64,000 bases of DNA from an uncultured delta proteobacterium (GCA_963735595.1 CAVTLK010000005.1:231760-295759); one strand, 5' to 3'; shown: positions 1 through 10,841, numbered from the stretch's first letter. The notes: generated by a model from the letters alone, not told the origin. Translations and numbers: made by a program.

Positions 1-509
1 CCGGTCATGAGAAACTCGTAGGCCCTGCCCGTGCCGATGAGCTTGGGCAGGAAGAAGCTGCTGCAGAGGTCGGCCCCGCCCAGGCCGATATTAATATAGG
101 CTGCGTTGAACCGTGCCTGCGGCGTGACCACGCGGACGTCGGCGGCCATCGCAAAGCTGAAACCGGCGCCGGCCGCAGCGCCGTGGACGGCGGCGATGAC
201 CGGCTGCGGGATGCGGCGCATCTTGTAGTAGAGCATCGAGGTGCGGCTCTGGTAGAAATAGATGAGATCGGGCGTCACCTCGAAGAGCTGGGTGGCGGTC
301 TCCGTCATATCCAGTCCCGAGCAGAACCCCTTCTCACCCGCGCCGGTCAGGATCACCACGCGGATGTCCCGGTTGGTGGACAGGGCGCCGAGGAGGTGGT
401 CAAGCTCCTCGATCATCGCCTGGTTGAGCGCGTTGAGCTTGGCCGGCCGGTTGAGGGTCAAAAGGCCGATCGGCCCGTCCACGGTAAAGGTGATTGTCGT
501 ATAGTCCAT
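1..509 (-). CDS. enoyl-CoA hydratase/isomerase (crotonase) family protein; C-terminus lies beyond the window edge
   Basis: Minus-strand translation from ATG (revcomp of cat 507-509) gives MDYTTITFTVDGPIGLLTLNRPAKLNALNQAMIEELDHLL...VILTGAGEKGFCSGLD...AAVHGAAAGAGF, a typical crotonase fold. It is absent from the ORF track because it runs off the window. Confidence 0.8.
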   Translation of the reverse strand, partial: MDYTTITFTVDGPIGLLTLNRPAKLNALNQAMIEELDHLLGALSTNRDIRVVILTGAGEKGFCSGLDMTETATQLFEVTPDLIYFYQSRTSMLYYKMRRIPQPVIAAVHGAAAGAGFSFAMAADVRVVTPQARFNAAYINIGLGGADLCSSFFLPKLIGTGRAYEFLMT

Positions 510-531
510 GGGTGCCCCCGTAAAGGTTTGG

Positions 532-2338
532 TTAGTCGTCGAAATGTTCTGGCCTGGCCGAGAGCGTCAGCCCGTCTTTGGAAAGGAGGCTCTTGGCCAT
601 CCCCTCGATCTTGGGCAGCTCGTAGGCAAAGAAGAACCGGAAGGCATACATCTTGCCCGCGTAAAAGGACTCGTCGGACGGACGCGCGCCTTTTGCGAGC
701 GCCGATTGCACCGCCAGCGCCTGCAAAAGCCACTGCCAGGCAACGGCGATAGTGCCGAAGAACTCCATAAAAAGGGTCGCGTCGGCCAGGAACAGGTCAA
801 TGTTGCCGCCCGTGGCTACGCTGACCAGATGGCCGATGACCTCCTTGAGCCGCTCGACCGCCTTCCTAAGCCCCCCGGCCTGGACAGAGAGCTCCGGATT
901 GGACTCGGCTTTGGCAATGGCCGCATCGAGCTCCGCCACATAGAGCGTGAGCGCCTTCCCGTTTTTCATGACGATGTTTCTGCCCAGGAGCGTCAGGGAC
1001 TGGATGCCGGTGGTCCCCTCGTGGATCGGGTGAATCCGCGTGTCCCGGTAGTGCTGCTCGATGGGGAATTCATCGCAGTAGCCGTAACCGCCGAGACACT
1101 GGAGTGCCTGGCTCACCGAATGAACGGCCATTTCCGCGGGGTAGGTCTTTGCCACCGGCGTCAGGAGGTCCAGAAGCAGCGAGTAGTTCTCCCGGTCTTC
1201 CCCCTCGGTGGAGAGCACGAGGTCGGTCAGGACGGTGCACTGAAACAGGAGCCCCAGGGAGCCCTCGATGACGGCGCGCTGGAACAGCAGCATCCTCTTT
1301 ATGTCGGCGTGCTCGATGATCGGGATCTGCGGGATAGAGGGGTCTTTGGAGGTGATGGGCCTGCCCTGCGGGCGTTCTTTGGTATACTGGAGCGAGGTAT
1401 AATAGGCCGCCGAGGCGATGGCCGCCGCGTTCATGCCGACGACCAGGCGGGCCTCGTTCATCATCTGGAGCATATAGAAAAGCCCGCGGTTCGGTTCGCC
1501 GACCAGCCAGCCCCGGCAGTCGCCGTTATCGCCGAGCGAGAGCTGGGTAATCGGGCATCCCCGGTAGCCCATCTTGTGGTAGATGCCCATGACCGCCAGG
1601 TCGTTGGGTACCAGGCCCCCATCATCGCCGAAGCGTTTCTTCGGGACGATGAACATCGATATCCCCTTCAAGCCCCGGAGGCGAGCCCTCGATGCGCGCC
1701 AGCATCATATTGACGACGTTGTCGACACAGTCGTGGTCGGCCGCCGAGATGAATATCTTCTGTCCCCGAATCAGGTAGTAGTCTTTATCGGTAGGGGTGG
1801 CGGTCGTCGTGATATCGCCGACGGAGCTGCCGGCCTGCGGCTCCGTGAGGGCCATCGTCCCCTGCCACGCGCCCGAAAACAGGAGCGGGATGTAGGTGTC
1901 TTTCTGTTCCTGGGAGCCGAAAGACTCCAGGAGGTGCGCCGCGCCCATGTTGAGGCCGGGATAATTGGAGGCCGAATAGTTGGCGGCCGAAAAGACAAAG
2001 GTGGGGATGAGGCCGACCGTAAACGGCAGCTGCTGGCCCCCGACTTCGGCCGATGCCACCGCCGAGATCCATCCGCCCTCGCCGCACTCCTTCATCAGCC
2101 GTTTGACCGACGGGTGCACCTTCACAGCGCCCGCCTCGAACCGGGGCGGCTGCTTGTCCATTTCTTCGAAGCAGGGCTTGAGGAGGTCTTTACCCATCTT
2201 CATGGCGGTATCGATTACCATATCGATCACCTCGGGGGCGTGATGGGCGTAACGCGGGTACTTCAGGAGCGACGGCGCGTCAAACACCTCATAGAGCAAG
2301 AACTTCAAATTCCTTTCGCTTAAGAATTTCTCGGCCAT
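532..2338 (-). pseudogene. long-type (~600 aa) acyl-CoA dehydrogenase, one frameshift near 1650 (real or assembly indel)
   Basis: ORF 1622..2431 is the N-terminal half, starting MAEKFLSERNLKFLLYEVF with an AAGGAG RBS 7 nt upstream of ATG 2338. ORF 532..1671 is the C-terminal half in another frame (KGISMFIVPKK...GYGYCDEFPIEQHYRDTRI). The two join exactly at the conserved ARIEGSPPG|KGIS motif. Confidence 0.75.
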
Positions 2339-2513
2339 GGTCAATCGGCTCCTTATGGTAGATAAAGAGTAATAATCCGTTAGTCCATTAGTCGCGCGTG
2401 TCGTGCAACTATAGCAGATGGGGCCCGCCAAATCTAATGGATTTTTAGTCGATTTGTTATAGTGGAGCCAAATATTTTATCGCGGCCCCGTGACGGGCGG
2501 GTGGCGGGAAAGA

Positions 2514-2552
2514 CAAAGGGGCACGGTATTTGCCGCGCCCCTTTGTCGTCGA
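2514..2552 (-). terminator. rho-independent terminator downstream of the CPBP/FG-GAP gene
   Basis: aaaggggcacgg-tattt-gccgcgcccctttg is a 12-bp GC stem followed on the minus strand by a T-rich run (TTTGTCTTTCC). Confidence 0.45.
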
Positions 2553-2669
2553 TAGACTGATGTGCTGTTTACGGTCGGCCTCCGCCGGTGGGGAGGCTCC
2601 GTATTCCGTATACGCCGCCGCTCCGCCCGAACGGAAACTGCGCGAGGTCCCGCCCGGGCGGCGTTCCCC

Positions 2670-4352
2670 TCACTCGAGATAGGGGCGCAGGTCCAGCTCC
2701 TTCTTGACGCCGCCGAGGTCAAGCACTTTTACTGTACCGGCGTCGCTTTCCGCCCCGATCCCGGGGGTCGCCAGTATCTCCGAAATACCGTCCCCGTCCA
2801 GGTCCGCCGTCGCCACGAAGAGCCCGAAGAATGCGTCGAACGGGAACGTCTTGAAGAGGATATCGCTCTTCCCATTCATGACCAACAGCTCGGCGGCGGA
2901 GTTCTTGTACGGCCCCGGCCCCGCGAGGACCTCGTCGGTACCGTTGCCGTCAACGTCGCCGACGGCCGTATTGAGGCCGTAAAGACAACCCCTGCGGAAA
3001 TAGACCCAGTACCACCGGGACTGCTTCGGCGCCGCGATACCGCCGGAAAAGTCGACGGCTATAAAATGAGTGCGGTACGCATGCAGGTAGGGCGGTGCGC
3101 CAATGATCTCGTCGGAGCCGTTACCGTCGATATCGCCGGCGGAAACGCGTATACCATGGCGCATATAGACGTAATACTCATCGTTGTGGATAAGGTCGTT
3201 GGTCTGAAACTCGACGAGCAGTTGTCCCGTGCCGGTGAAGACCCTGATGACCGGGCGGTAGACCTGGCCGGGGCCCAGGCCCGCGATTATCTCGTCTTTA
3301 CCGTCACCGTCGAGATCACCCGACGCGACGTTTGCGCCGTAACTCTTGCCGGGGAACGCAATAAAACTCGTGAGCCGTTTACCCGTACCCGTCAGGACCG
3401 TGATGAGCGTATCGTTTTTACGGTACGGCCCCCTGGCCGCGATGATCTCGTCGGCGCCGTCGCCGTCGAGATCGCCCGCCGCAAGGTTGGCCCCGTACGG
3501 TGACTGCACCTCAAACGCGGTGAAACGGTCCACGGGGACACCGTCACCGGTAAACACGAGGATCTCCGAATCGTTTCCCTCGGCCGGGCCCCTGTTAACC
3601 AGTATCTCGTCCTTCCCGTCGCCGTTTACGTCTCCTGAACAAAGAACCATGGTGTTTCCATAGGTACTATAGCGCTCAAATCCCTGCCGACCCACGCGAA
3701 AGTCGGACATGAGGCCCGGCACGAGCAGCGTCAGGGCGACAATCGCCACCGTGCCGTGCATAACGCCGAGCGCGAATATATTCCTGTTTCGAGAAAAGAG
3801 GGAGCAGAACAGGAGCCCCCCGATCGACGTAAAAACTACCAGGGCCGTGTTGGGCACGTGTAACAGCGAAAAGATGGCCGCGGCCGAAATAGTGGCGGCA
3901 TAGTTATTGGCGAGTATTTTTCTTAGCCTCAGATAGAGAAAACTATTGAGGGCCAATTGCTGCAGGGAGCCCCAGAAGATATACCCGAGCCAGTCCAGCA
4001 AGACCCTTCCGAGGTCATGGGGTCTGTAACTCTCCCGATAGAACATGAAGATACAGAGGATGGCCGCGATGCAGAAGAGCGTTGCGACCCCGACTTCCTT
4101 GAAGGACCGGCCTAGGTTATCGACCCGGATGCCCAGATCCTTGAGCGTGTCTTCGTGCACGAAAAAGCCGCTGAGGAATACGAGGCCGGAGACGATACCC
4201 GCGAGGGTGGACAGATACGGGCCCCAGTAGTAGAAACGGAGCACCCATATAATAAGAAATATGCCGCCCAGCACGATACACAATTCACCCAGCGTATAGA
4301 GCCGGGGGCTCTTGTGATACAACTCCCGCAGAAACGTTATCGGTCTTGGCAT
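2670..4352 (-). CDS. membrane protein: N-terminal CPBP/Abi-like multi-TM domain with degenerate motifs, fused to a C-terminal FG-GAP/VCBS beta-propeller
   Basis: The 560-aa ORF has about 6 TM helices carrying FSLLH (FxxxH) and a downstream MHGT His; QQ replaces the catalytic EE. Six or more repeats of GD(L/V)(D/N)G(D/N)G.DE(I/V) follow, i.e. calcium-binding FG-GAP blades. Confidence 0.7.
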   Translation of the reverse strand: MPRPITFLRELYHKSPRLYTLGELCIVLGGIFLIIWVLRFYYWGPYLSTLAGIVSGLVFLSGFFVHEDTLKDLGIRVDNLGRSFKEVGVATLFCIAAILCIFMFYRESYRPHDLGRVLLDWLGYIFWGSLQQLALNSFLYLRLRKILANNYAATISAAAIFSLLHVPNTALVVFTSIGGLLFCSLFSRNRNIFALGVMHGTVAIVALTLLVPGLMSDFRVGRQGFERYSTYGNTMVLCSGDVNGDGKDEILVNRGPAEGNDSEILVFTGDGVPVDRFTAFEVQSPYGANLAAGDLDGDGADEIIAARGPYRKNDTLITVLTGTGKRLTSFIAFPGKSYGANVASGDLDGDGKDEIIAGLGPGQVYRPVIRVFTGTGQLLVEFQTNDLIHNDEYYVYMRHGIRVSAGDIDGNGSDEIIGAPPYLHAYRTHFIAVDFSGGIAAPKQSRWYWVYFRRGCLYGLNTAVGDVDGNGTDEVLAGPGPYKNSAAELLVMNGKSDILFKTFPFDAFFGLFVATADLDGDGISEILATPGIGAESDAGTVKVLDLGGVKKELDLRPYLE

Positions 4353-4607
4353 ATATCAATTCCTCTCGAAGGCCGGCAGCATTGAATGACGGTGCCCCGC
4401 GGCGGGAAGACAAAGACGGCCCGACCGCATCATCTCTCCCTTTTTATCCGCAATCGCGCGGTTACGGCATTGTGGTGAATTAGAATAGCCAATTATCATG
4501 ACATAAATCAAGTAAAAAGGGGCGGCGGGGCGGCTTTGCGTTGTTATAAGGTCTCGGGAATGGGCGATGGGAGAATGTTTCGGACGTACCGGGGTCATGC
4601 CGGGATC

Positions 4608-4750
4608 GGGAATTACAGGGACACGTACCTAATTCCTATTTAGTTTGCTTAAACGGAACGCCCATGAATTAGGTACGCGTCCCCGTAATTCCGTTACTTA
4701 ATAAAACAGTGTCCGAGATCGCCACGGCCCCTTCGGGCCCTCGCGATGAC
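4608..4750. repeat. intergenic hairpin repeat: GGTGACACC-family module copy (27-bp inverted repeat) plus terminal fragment of the CGTCATTGCGAG element
   Basis: ggaattacagggacacgtacctaattcc...gaattaggtacgcgtccccgtaattcc is an inverted repeat around a ~30-nt loop. 4722-4750 cccttcgggccctcgcgatgac matches the right terminus of the 16795-16881 element. Confidence 0.55.
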
Positions 4751-4887
4751 ACTTCCTTGAATATCGGTCTTTGTCAACGGTCTGGCCCTGTCACATGACA
4801 GGGTATTATTTTGCTTCCTGGTTGGTATCGGAATCGGTATCAGAGGCTAAAAAAGCGGAGGGTCTTGTTTGCAGCCGCTTGAAATAA

Positions 4888-4966
<79 letters not shown>

Positions 4967-5075
4967 ATAGATAAATTATACCGCAACGCCCGTAATAAAA
5001 TCAAGCCGGTACAGAGCGTCCGGCTCACGAGCTGCCCGTTTGACACGGGCGCGAGAGGATACACACAACGGTCCC

Positions 5076-6434
5076 CTAATCGGCCGCCGCAACCTGCTGA
5101 CTCCTGCCGTGCCCCCCCCTCCTTCGTTTCCTCCTGGGTGCGCGGATAAGCCTCTTGAGGGGCTCAAATCCGTCGGGGCCGGGGGGCCATGGAGCGTTGG
5201 GAAAGGCACCGGAGGCCTTTGTGGTGATGGCAAGAAGGTCGAAGGCTTCCGGGAAGTGGACCTTGTGCCTGAGGTTCGATGAGATATGGCCGTGCTCGAG
5301 CATCCCGAGCATCTTCCAGTTCATATATAAGAGATGGCGCATGTTGTCCACGGTGCGCTTGGAGACCCCCACCCCGGACAGTGATTGCGACAGGAAACCG
5401 CCGATGAGCCGGGGTATATCGACCTTCGCCTCCGGCAAACGGGTATGCGAACGCACCATCGCCGTTACCACCGGAATCATGGGGACACTGAACAGAAAGG
5501 GGACGGAAAATTCCCTTCCCGACCGGGTCATCGCATCCAGCAGCCCGAGGCAGGAGTAAAACGATTCCGCTATGACCTCCTGCTCGTCAACGGCCCGGTG
5601 CATCTCGGGAAACAGGACTTCCAGAATACCGTATTCTTTGAAGAGCCGGAGGGTTTCCCGGGAATACCCTCCCTTCAGCTCCTTGACAAGCTCTTCGTGA
5701 AAACGCGCGGCCGAGCAGTGGACAAGATTATTGCTCATCTCTTTGATGGCCTGCCGGGTTTGAGGCTCGATGGTGAACCCGGTTCGCGCGGAGTGCCTGA
5801 TGGCGCGGATGATCCGCACCGGGTCTTCGGTGATCCGGGTTTTCGGGTCGCCGATCATCCTGATGACTTTATTCCGCAGGTCCTCAAGGCCCCCCACGTA
5901 ATCGATGATCGTATAGTCTTTAATGTTGTAGAACAACCCGTTTATGGTGATGTCCCGGCGAAAAGCGTCTTCCTGCGGTGTGCCGAAGGTATTGTCCCGC
6001 ATCATGGGAAGGCCGGGACGCGATTCGTCCTCCTCGGCCTTTTTTCGGAAGGTAGTTACCTCAACGATCTTATTGTCTCGAAACCGGATGTGTACGATCT
6101 TGAAGCGCCGCCCGATGATGACGCTGTTGGCAAACAACCTCCTGATCTCCTTCGGGTCGGCGTCCGTGCCTACGTCGAAATCTTTCGGTTTTCTTCCCAG
6201 GAGGAGATCACGAACCCCGCCTCCGACCAGATAGGCCTTGAAGCCGTGGTTGTGCAAACGGTACAGCACCTTAAGGGCGTCCGGATCGATATTCCGCCTG
6301 GAAATCGGGTGTTTGTCTCTGGAGACGATTACCGGCTCAGGCGTCAGCTGCGCTGAAGGGAGGCTTTCCCTCTCAGGCTGCTGAGCTCCAAAAGAGGAGA
6401 AAATCTCGGAAATTGTATTTTTTAGCCAGCCCAC
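5076..6434 (-). CDS. pcnB: poly(A) polymerase I / tRNA nucleotidyltransferase family
   Basis: LKVLYRLHNHGFKAYLVGGGVRDLLLGRKPKDFDVGTDADP...RRDITINGLFYN is the nucleotidyltransferase head. It has HD-like and RNA-binding regions and a basic C-terminal tail (RKRRRGGHGRSQQ). Confidence 0.85.
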   Translation of the reverse strand: MGWLKNTISEIFSSFGAQQPERESLPSAQLTPEPVIVSRDKHPISRRNIDPDALKVLYRLHNHGFKAYLVGGGVRDLLLGRKPKDFDVGTDADPKEIRRLFANSVIIGRRFKIVHIRFRDNKIVEVTTFRKKAEEDESRPGLPMMRDNTFGTPQEDAFRRDITINGLFYNIKDYTIIDYVGGLEDLRNKVIRMIGDPKTRITEDPVRIIRAIRHSARTGFTIEPQTRQAIKEMSNNLVHCSAARFHEELVKELKGGYSRETLRLFKEYGILEVLFPEMHRAVDEQEVIAESFYSCLGLLDAMTRSGREFSVPFLFSVPMIPVVTAMVRSHTRLPEAKVDIPRLIGGFLSQSLSGVGVSKRTVDNMRHLLYMNWKMLGMLEHGHISSNLRHKVHFPEAFDLLAITTKASGAFPNAPWPPGPDGFEPLKRLIRAPRRKRRRGGHGRSQQVAAAD

Positions 6435-6704
6435 GTAGTCACAATGATGATGAGGTTCAACAAATAACGGCTCGAATAGTCACATTACCCGCTATCATAG
6501 GCGATATCTTACAATATATCAATAGTTTTTATTACGTTCGCGTAGTTTTTACCAAGAGGGCTATCGGCCGGACTACACAGTCAGCATTGCTTCTGCGCAG
6601 CCGTCAAAATGGGTAGTCCTCCTATCGCGGGTGACTTTGCGAACTTACCAGTACTATGATTTATCCCGTATCAGGTTACGCACGTCGAACAATAAAGCCA
6701 AGAC

Positions 6705-8225
6705 TTACCTTCCCTTGAGCTTATAAAGGCGGACGTTGGAGCTAAGCAGGTCTATCCTGTCGACTAATACAAAGTTCTTTGAGAAGTAATTTTCAATCGG
6801 GTCGGGTATCTTCAGCGTTATGGAAACAAGCCATATGTACTTTAGGTCTTTGTTTCTTTCATCCTGGATTAGTCCAACAAACCTGTTGAATTCCTCCACA
6901 TCTTTAATATTTAGGGTGACCCTTCTCTCCGAGCCGAGTTTATTAAAGTAATAATCCAGCGCGTCTTCTTCCCGGACAACCGACACGATTATGGAATCCC
7001 TGTAGTTACCGTCGTTGTCGATAACGTATTGTACCGCTTCGCGATACTGCTCTTTCGTGGGCTTGCTGTAGTAGTCTCTAATAAAGACGAGGTTATACAG
7101 GGAAAAGATGGTAATCGCCGCAACCAGGGCTATTTTGCCCAGTTGACGAACAGGCAGCCGGGTGATCGCGCGCGCCGATAATATATATGCGGCGGGCAGA
7201 GATATGATCAGGTTCCTGTACATTAAAACCGGCGTTGAAAAGAGCGATTTTAAAAACATGATGCCGAACGGGACAAAGAGCCAAAGGAGGAGCATAACGC
7301 CCGGCGAATAGAAAGATATTCCTGAGGCCCGGTGCCTTGACTCCGCGAGGTATTCGTTTACTTTATTGGTCACGAATAGCCCGAAAATCCCCAGCACGAC
7401 GGTCAACAGTACCCACGATTCATTAAACAGCCACCCCAAATAGTAAAAGATGAAGCGTTCCTTCGGGAAAAACATCTTGTTGTATGGGTTATCAAAGTGC
7501 ATCCCCATTTTTGGAAGCCACGGTAAATACAGGACGACTATCGGCATGTAGATCAGGGCCGTGTACAGGATCTTCTTCCTGTCGTTAAAAAATAAGATTA
7601 CGAAGTACGCCAGCTGCAGCAGTACTAAATAGAGCCCGAAGTAATGGAGATAGGACAGGAACAGGCCGCATACGTCGTACAGGATCACGTGAAGGAAGCG
7701 CGGCTCCCTATCCTCCTTCAGATCCTTGAGCATGGCAAGCCAGATAATGGTCGACACGATGACGAAAAGGAGCACCATGCAATAGGCCCGGGCCTCCTGG
7801 CTGTAGTAGATGGGAGTCCACAGCACCGCCATGAGGCACGACGCGATGAGGCCTTCCCTTTGTGTGTAGAGCCTTTTCCCGAGAAAAAAGATCGCGATGA
7901 TCGAGAGCGCACCGCAAAGGGCGGAGGGGAAACGCAGGGCAGACTCACCGTCTCCGAGTAGTCTCTGGGCCAGGCGCATAAAAAAGTAATATCCGGGCGG
8001 GTTAAGCTCCCGGTGCATGATCAGGTCAACCATACCCGATAGGGCGAGAGAAGGCCGGGATTCGCTCCAGGTAAGTAATTCATCAAACCAGAGAGACTGT
8101 ATCGACAGGCCGTAAAACCTCAGACAGGAACCGAGTATGAGTACGGCGAGAAGCGCCACGAATATTTTCGTGCTACCGAAGTGCCTTTCTATAAAGCCCA
8201 TAACAGCGCTCCGAATGAGGGTCAA
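6705..8225 (-). CDS. glycosyltransferase family 39 (ArnT/PMT-like) integral membrane protein
   Basis: The 506-aa ORF has about 11 TM segments. N-terminal FYGLSIQSLWFDELLTW...YYFFMRL is ArnT/PMT-like; the soluble C-terminal domain follows. Confidence 0.65.
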   Translation of the reverse strand: MTLIRSAVMGFIERHFGSTKIFVALLAVLILGSCLRFYGLSIQSLWFDELLTWSESRPSLALSGMVDLIMHRELNPPGYYFFMRLAQRLLGDGESALRFPSALCGALSIIAIFFLGKRLYTQREGLIASCLMAVLWTPIYYSQEARAYCMVLLFVIVSTIIWLAMLKDLKEDREPRFLHVILYDVCGLFLSYLHYFGLYLVLLQLAYFVILFFNDRKKILYTALIYMPIVVLYLPWLPKMGMHFDNPYNKMFFPKERFIFYYLGWLFNESWVLLTVVLGIFGLFVTNKVNEYLAESRHRASGISFYSPGVMLLLWLFVPFGIMFLKSLFSTPVLMYRNLIISLPAAYILSARAITRLPVRQLGKIALVAAITIFSLYNLVFIRDYYSKPTKEQYREAVQYVIDNDGNYRDSIIVSVVREEDALDYYFNKLGSERRVTLNIKDVEEFNRFVGLIQDERNKDLKYIWLVSITLKIPDPIENYFSKNFVLVDRIDLLSSNVRLYKLKGR

Positions 8226-8299
8226 CGCGCGGCATCATCTTTCGCGGGACGTTTTCGCAAAAAACTACTTAAACGTATTACGATAATTATGTCAAGCGT

Positions 8300-9334
8300 T
8301 TATCCGAATAGTGCCCGGATAGTATCCGTATAGGGGGGACGTATCACGCCTCGCTCGGTAATGATGGCCCCGATGTACGCGGCCGGGGTAACGTCGAAAG
8401 CCGGATTTTTAACCGCGGCGCCGGGCGGGGCCGACTGTACCCCCATGAACGACCTGACCTCATCGGGATCGCGCTCTTCGATAGGGATATCGGCGCCGGT
8501 CTTCGTCTCCGGATCGATAGTCGAGCAGGGCGCGGCGATGTAAAAGGGAACACCGTGCTCCTTTGCCAGGATCGAGACGGTATATGTCCCGATCTTGTTT
8601 GCGGTGTCGCCGTTTGCCGCAATCCGGTCGGCGCCCGTGATGACCTTGTCGATAAGGCCTTCTTTGAAGCAGTATCCGGCCATACCGTCGGTAATCAGGG
8701 TAACGCCGATGCCGTCGGCCATGAGCTCCCAGACGGTGAGGCGGCTTCCCTGCAGGAGCGGCCGTGTTTCGTCGGCGATCACGGAAATCCGCTTGCCGGA
8801 CGAAACGGCCGCCCTGATCACCCCGAGGGCGGTGCCGTAGCCGGCCGTCGCAAGCGCCCCGGCGTTGCAGTGGGTCAGGACCGTATCGCCGTCGGAAAGG
8901 AGTTGTCGGCCGTGCCGGCCGATCGCCTCGTTGGTCCGGATATCCTCATCGTAGATCGCCAGGGCTTCCATCTCCAGGGCCCGGATAATGTCGGGCGGAT
9001 CGCCCCCGTGACCGTGCGCCAGCCGCCTCATCCGCTCCAGCGCCCAGAAGAGATTACGTGCGGTGGGCCGGGCAGCGGCGAGAAGCGAGATAACGCCGTC
9101 GAATTCCGACAGAAACCGGCGCCGATCGGTTGCCCGTATCTGCCGGGCGCCGAGGGCCGCCCCCATTGCCGCGGCGACCCCGATGGCGGGGGCCCCGCGG
9201 ACGGCGAGGGTCTTTATCGCGTCAACCACCTGGGCCGGGTCTTTGAGGGTGACGTAGCGCACCGCCGACGGCAGCAGCCGCTGGTCGAGTATCCGGATAC
9301 CGTCTTCTTTCCACTGGATGGTAAAAAAGGACAT
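8300..9334 (-). CDS. mtnA: S-methyl-5-thioribose-1-phosphate isomerase (eIF-2B alpha/beta/delta family)
   Basis: 344 aa. TIQWKEDGIRILDQRLLP...VRGAPAIGVAAAMGAALGA...TRPLLQGSRLTVWEL are MtnA hallmarks. Confidence 0.8.
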   Translation of the reverse strand: MSFFTIQWKEDGIRILDQRLLPSAVRYVTLKDPAQVVDAIKTLAVRGAPAIGVAAAMGAALGARQIRATDRRRFLSEFDGVISLLAAARPTARNLFWALERMRRLAHGHGGDPPDIIRALEMEALAIYDEDIRTNEAIGRHGRQLLSDGDTVLTHCNAGALATAGYGTALGVIRAAVSSGKRISVIADETRPLLQGSRLTVWELMADGIGVTLITDGMAGYCFKEGLIDKVITGADRIAANGDTANKIGTYTVSILAKEHGVPFYIAAPCSTIDPETKTGADIPIEERDPDEVRSFMGVQSAPPGAAVKNPAFDVTPAAYIGAIITERGVIRPPYTDTIRALFG

Positions 9335-9341
9335 GGGAAGG

Positions 9342-10841
9342 CTAAAACGAAATTCGGTTGAAAAACTTGACGGAGTACCCCTCTTCGTACCGCTCCTTGA
9401 TCTCCCGCTTGAACTCCTCTAATATTTCGTCGGTATCCTTTTCGGTCAGGAATTCCGGCCTGAGGAGAAACTCAAGGTTTTCGACGTCGCCGGTGACCGA
9501 GATGGGAAGCGAGAGCCTTCCGGTAGGATTCTGTAAGAGGGAGGCAATATATTCGGGTTTTATATTGAGCGCCATAGTGTGAGATAGGAATAGATTTCCG
9601 TTGAAGTCGACAGCGCCGGTCAGTTTGATCTCACCCTTGATAACGGCGTCCCACTCTTCGGACTTTATGGCAAGCTTGGAGGTGACGAACCTGTTGCCGG
9701 ACAAGACAAAGCTGCCGCCGATGATAGAAAAGCTGGTGTCCAGGATAGTCGTCATCTTGTCATTGGAAATGAGGCCGAGGGACGAAAGCTCCGTCCTGAT
9801 ATTAAAGGCCGGTATGTGGCCGTCCTCAATACGGATAAGCCCTTCGCCCGAGAGGTTGTCTACCATCTCGCCGGTGGTTTTTCCCGTGGCGGTAAAGGTC
9901 CCCTCGAAGTTCAAGACGCCGAAACAGGTGTTCTCGTCCTTTCGGATAATGCTCAGGAGCTTATCGGCCATGGCGTCGGAAAGCCGGGCATTTACGACCA
10001 GCTCTTTATTGAGGGGGGCCATATTACAGTATCCGCTGACTTCCAGCTTTCCCTCAAATATGGTCGCTTCCATCTCTTCGATCCTGAGGGTATCGTTGCG
10101 TATCTTACCGGTGAGCGCCAAGTCATTGAAGGCCAGCCCCTTGGCGCTGCCGGTCGAGATCGAGATAAAAATGTCCCCCGAAAACGGGATCGACGGCATC
10201 TGCGACCTGCCGGCTCCCGGGAGCTTTGCCGCCTCAATGCGGCTTATCTTGATATCCATATCCTTAATGCGGATGATCTTTTCGGGTTGGGCGTCCACCG
10301 GTCTGGTGATATAGCTAACGTCGGCATTCTTCACTCTAATCTCGTCGGGCAGAATCGCCCGGCCCATAAACGGCGCTACCTTCAGATCAAAAAGGTTCGC
10401 CTTCAGGATATCAATCGATATACCCGGGTTTGTCCCGTCTGAAAGCGTGGCCAGGTTCAGCAATACGCCGTCTTTTTCTATAATCGAGACGACGGGATCT
10501 TTAACGACGATCTCGTTGACGACGATGACGCCCAGCAACAGCGGCATCAGTCTGACGGACACGTCAACTTCACGGGCGGTCGCAAACGGCTCGTTAGAGA
10601 CATCGGGATCGTCTGAGATCTTGAGGTCCTTAAGGATAATCTTCGGCCCGGTAATGACCGAAAAGGTAAGGTCGCCAACGGTTACGGAGCGCCCGAGACG
10701 CTCGGAAAGCCACAGGGCAATGCCGTGACGATACTCGGAGGTATCGATCAGCTTGGGAAGGAAGATCAGACAGGCGACGGCGATCAGAAGCGCGCACGAT
10801 ACTATTGAGATTGTAGTGATCGTTCGTCTTGTCATAGCCAA
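9342..10841 (-). CDS. AsmA family protein
   Basis: N-terminal TM anchor followed by DTSEYRHGIALWLSERLGRSVTVGDLTFSV...; repetitive beta-rich AsmA-like body of 499 aa. Confidence 0.6.
   Translation of the reverse strand: MAMTRRTITTISIVSCALLIAVACLIFLPKLIDTSEYRHGIALWLSERLGRSVTVGDLTFSVITGPKIILKDLKISDDPDVSNEPFATAREVDVSVRLMPLLLGVIVVNEIVVKDPVVSIIEKDGVLLNLATLSDGTNPGISIDILKANLFDLKVAPFMGRAILPDEIRVKNADVSYITRPVDAQPEKIIRIKDMDIKISRIEAAKLPGAGRSQMPSIPFSGDIFISISTGSAKGLAFNDLALTGKIRNDTLRIEEMEATIFEGKLEVSGYCNMAPLNKELVVNARLSDAMADKLLSIIRKDENTCFGVLNFEGTFTATGKTTGEMVDNLSGEGLIRIEDGHIPAFNIRTELSSLGLISNDKMTTILDTSFSIIGGSFVLSGNRFVTSKLAIKSEEWDAVIKGEIKLTGAVDFNGNLFLSHTMALNIKPEYIASLLQNPTGRLSLPISVTGDVENLEFLLRPEFLTEKDTDEILEEFKREIKERYEEGYSVKFFNRISF

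Noticed and set aside
1622-1671. Programmed ribosomal frameshifting as an explanation for the split genes
   Set aside because: The shifts occur in many unrelated genes at non-conserved positions, including +1/-1 in GC runs such as CCCCGGG. There is no slippery heptamer or downstream pseudoknot pattern.
183-1713. Plus-strand ORFs 183..752 and 508..1713
   Set aside because: They are antisense to the enoyl-CoA hydratase and acyl-CoA dehydrogenase genes, have Arg/Gly/Pro-rich composition and no homology signal.
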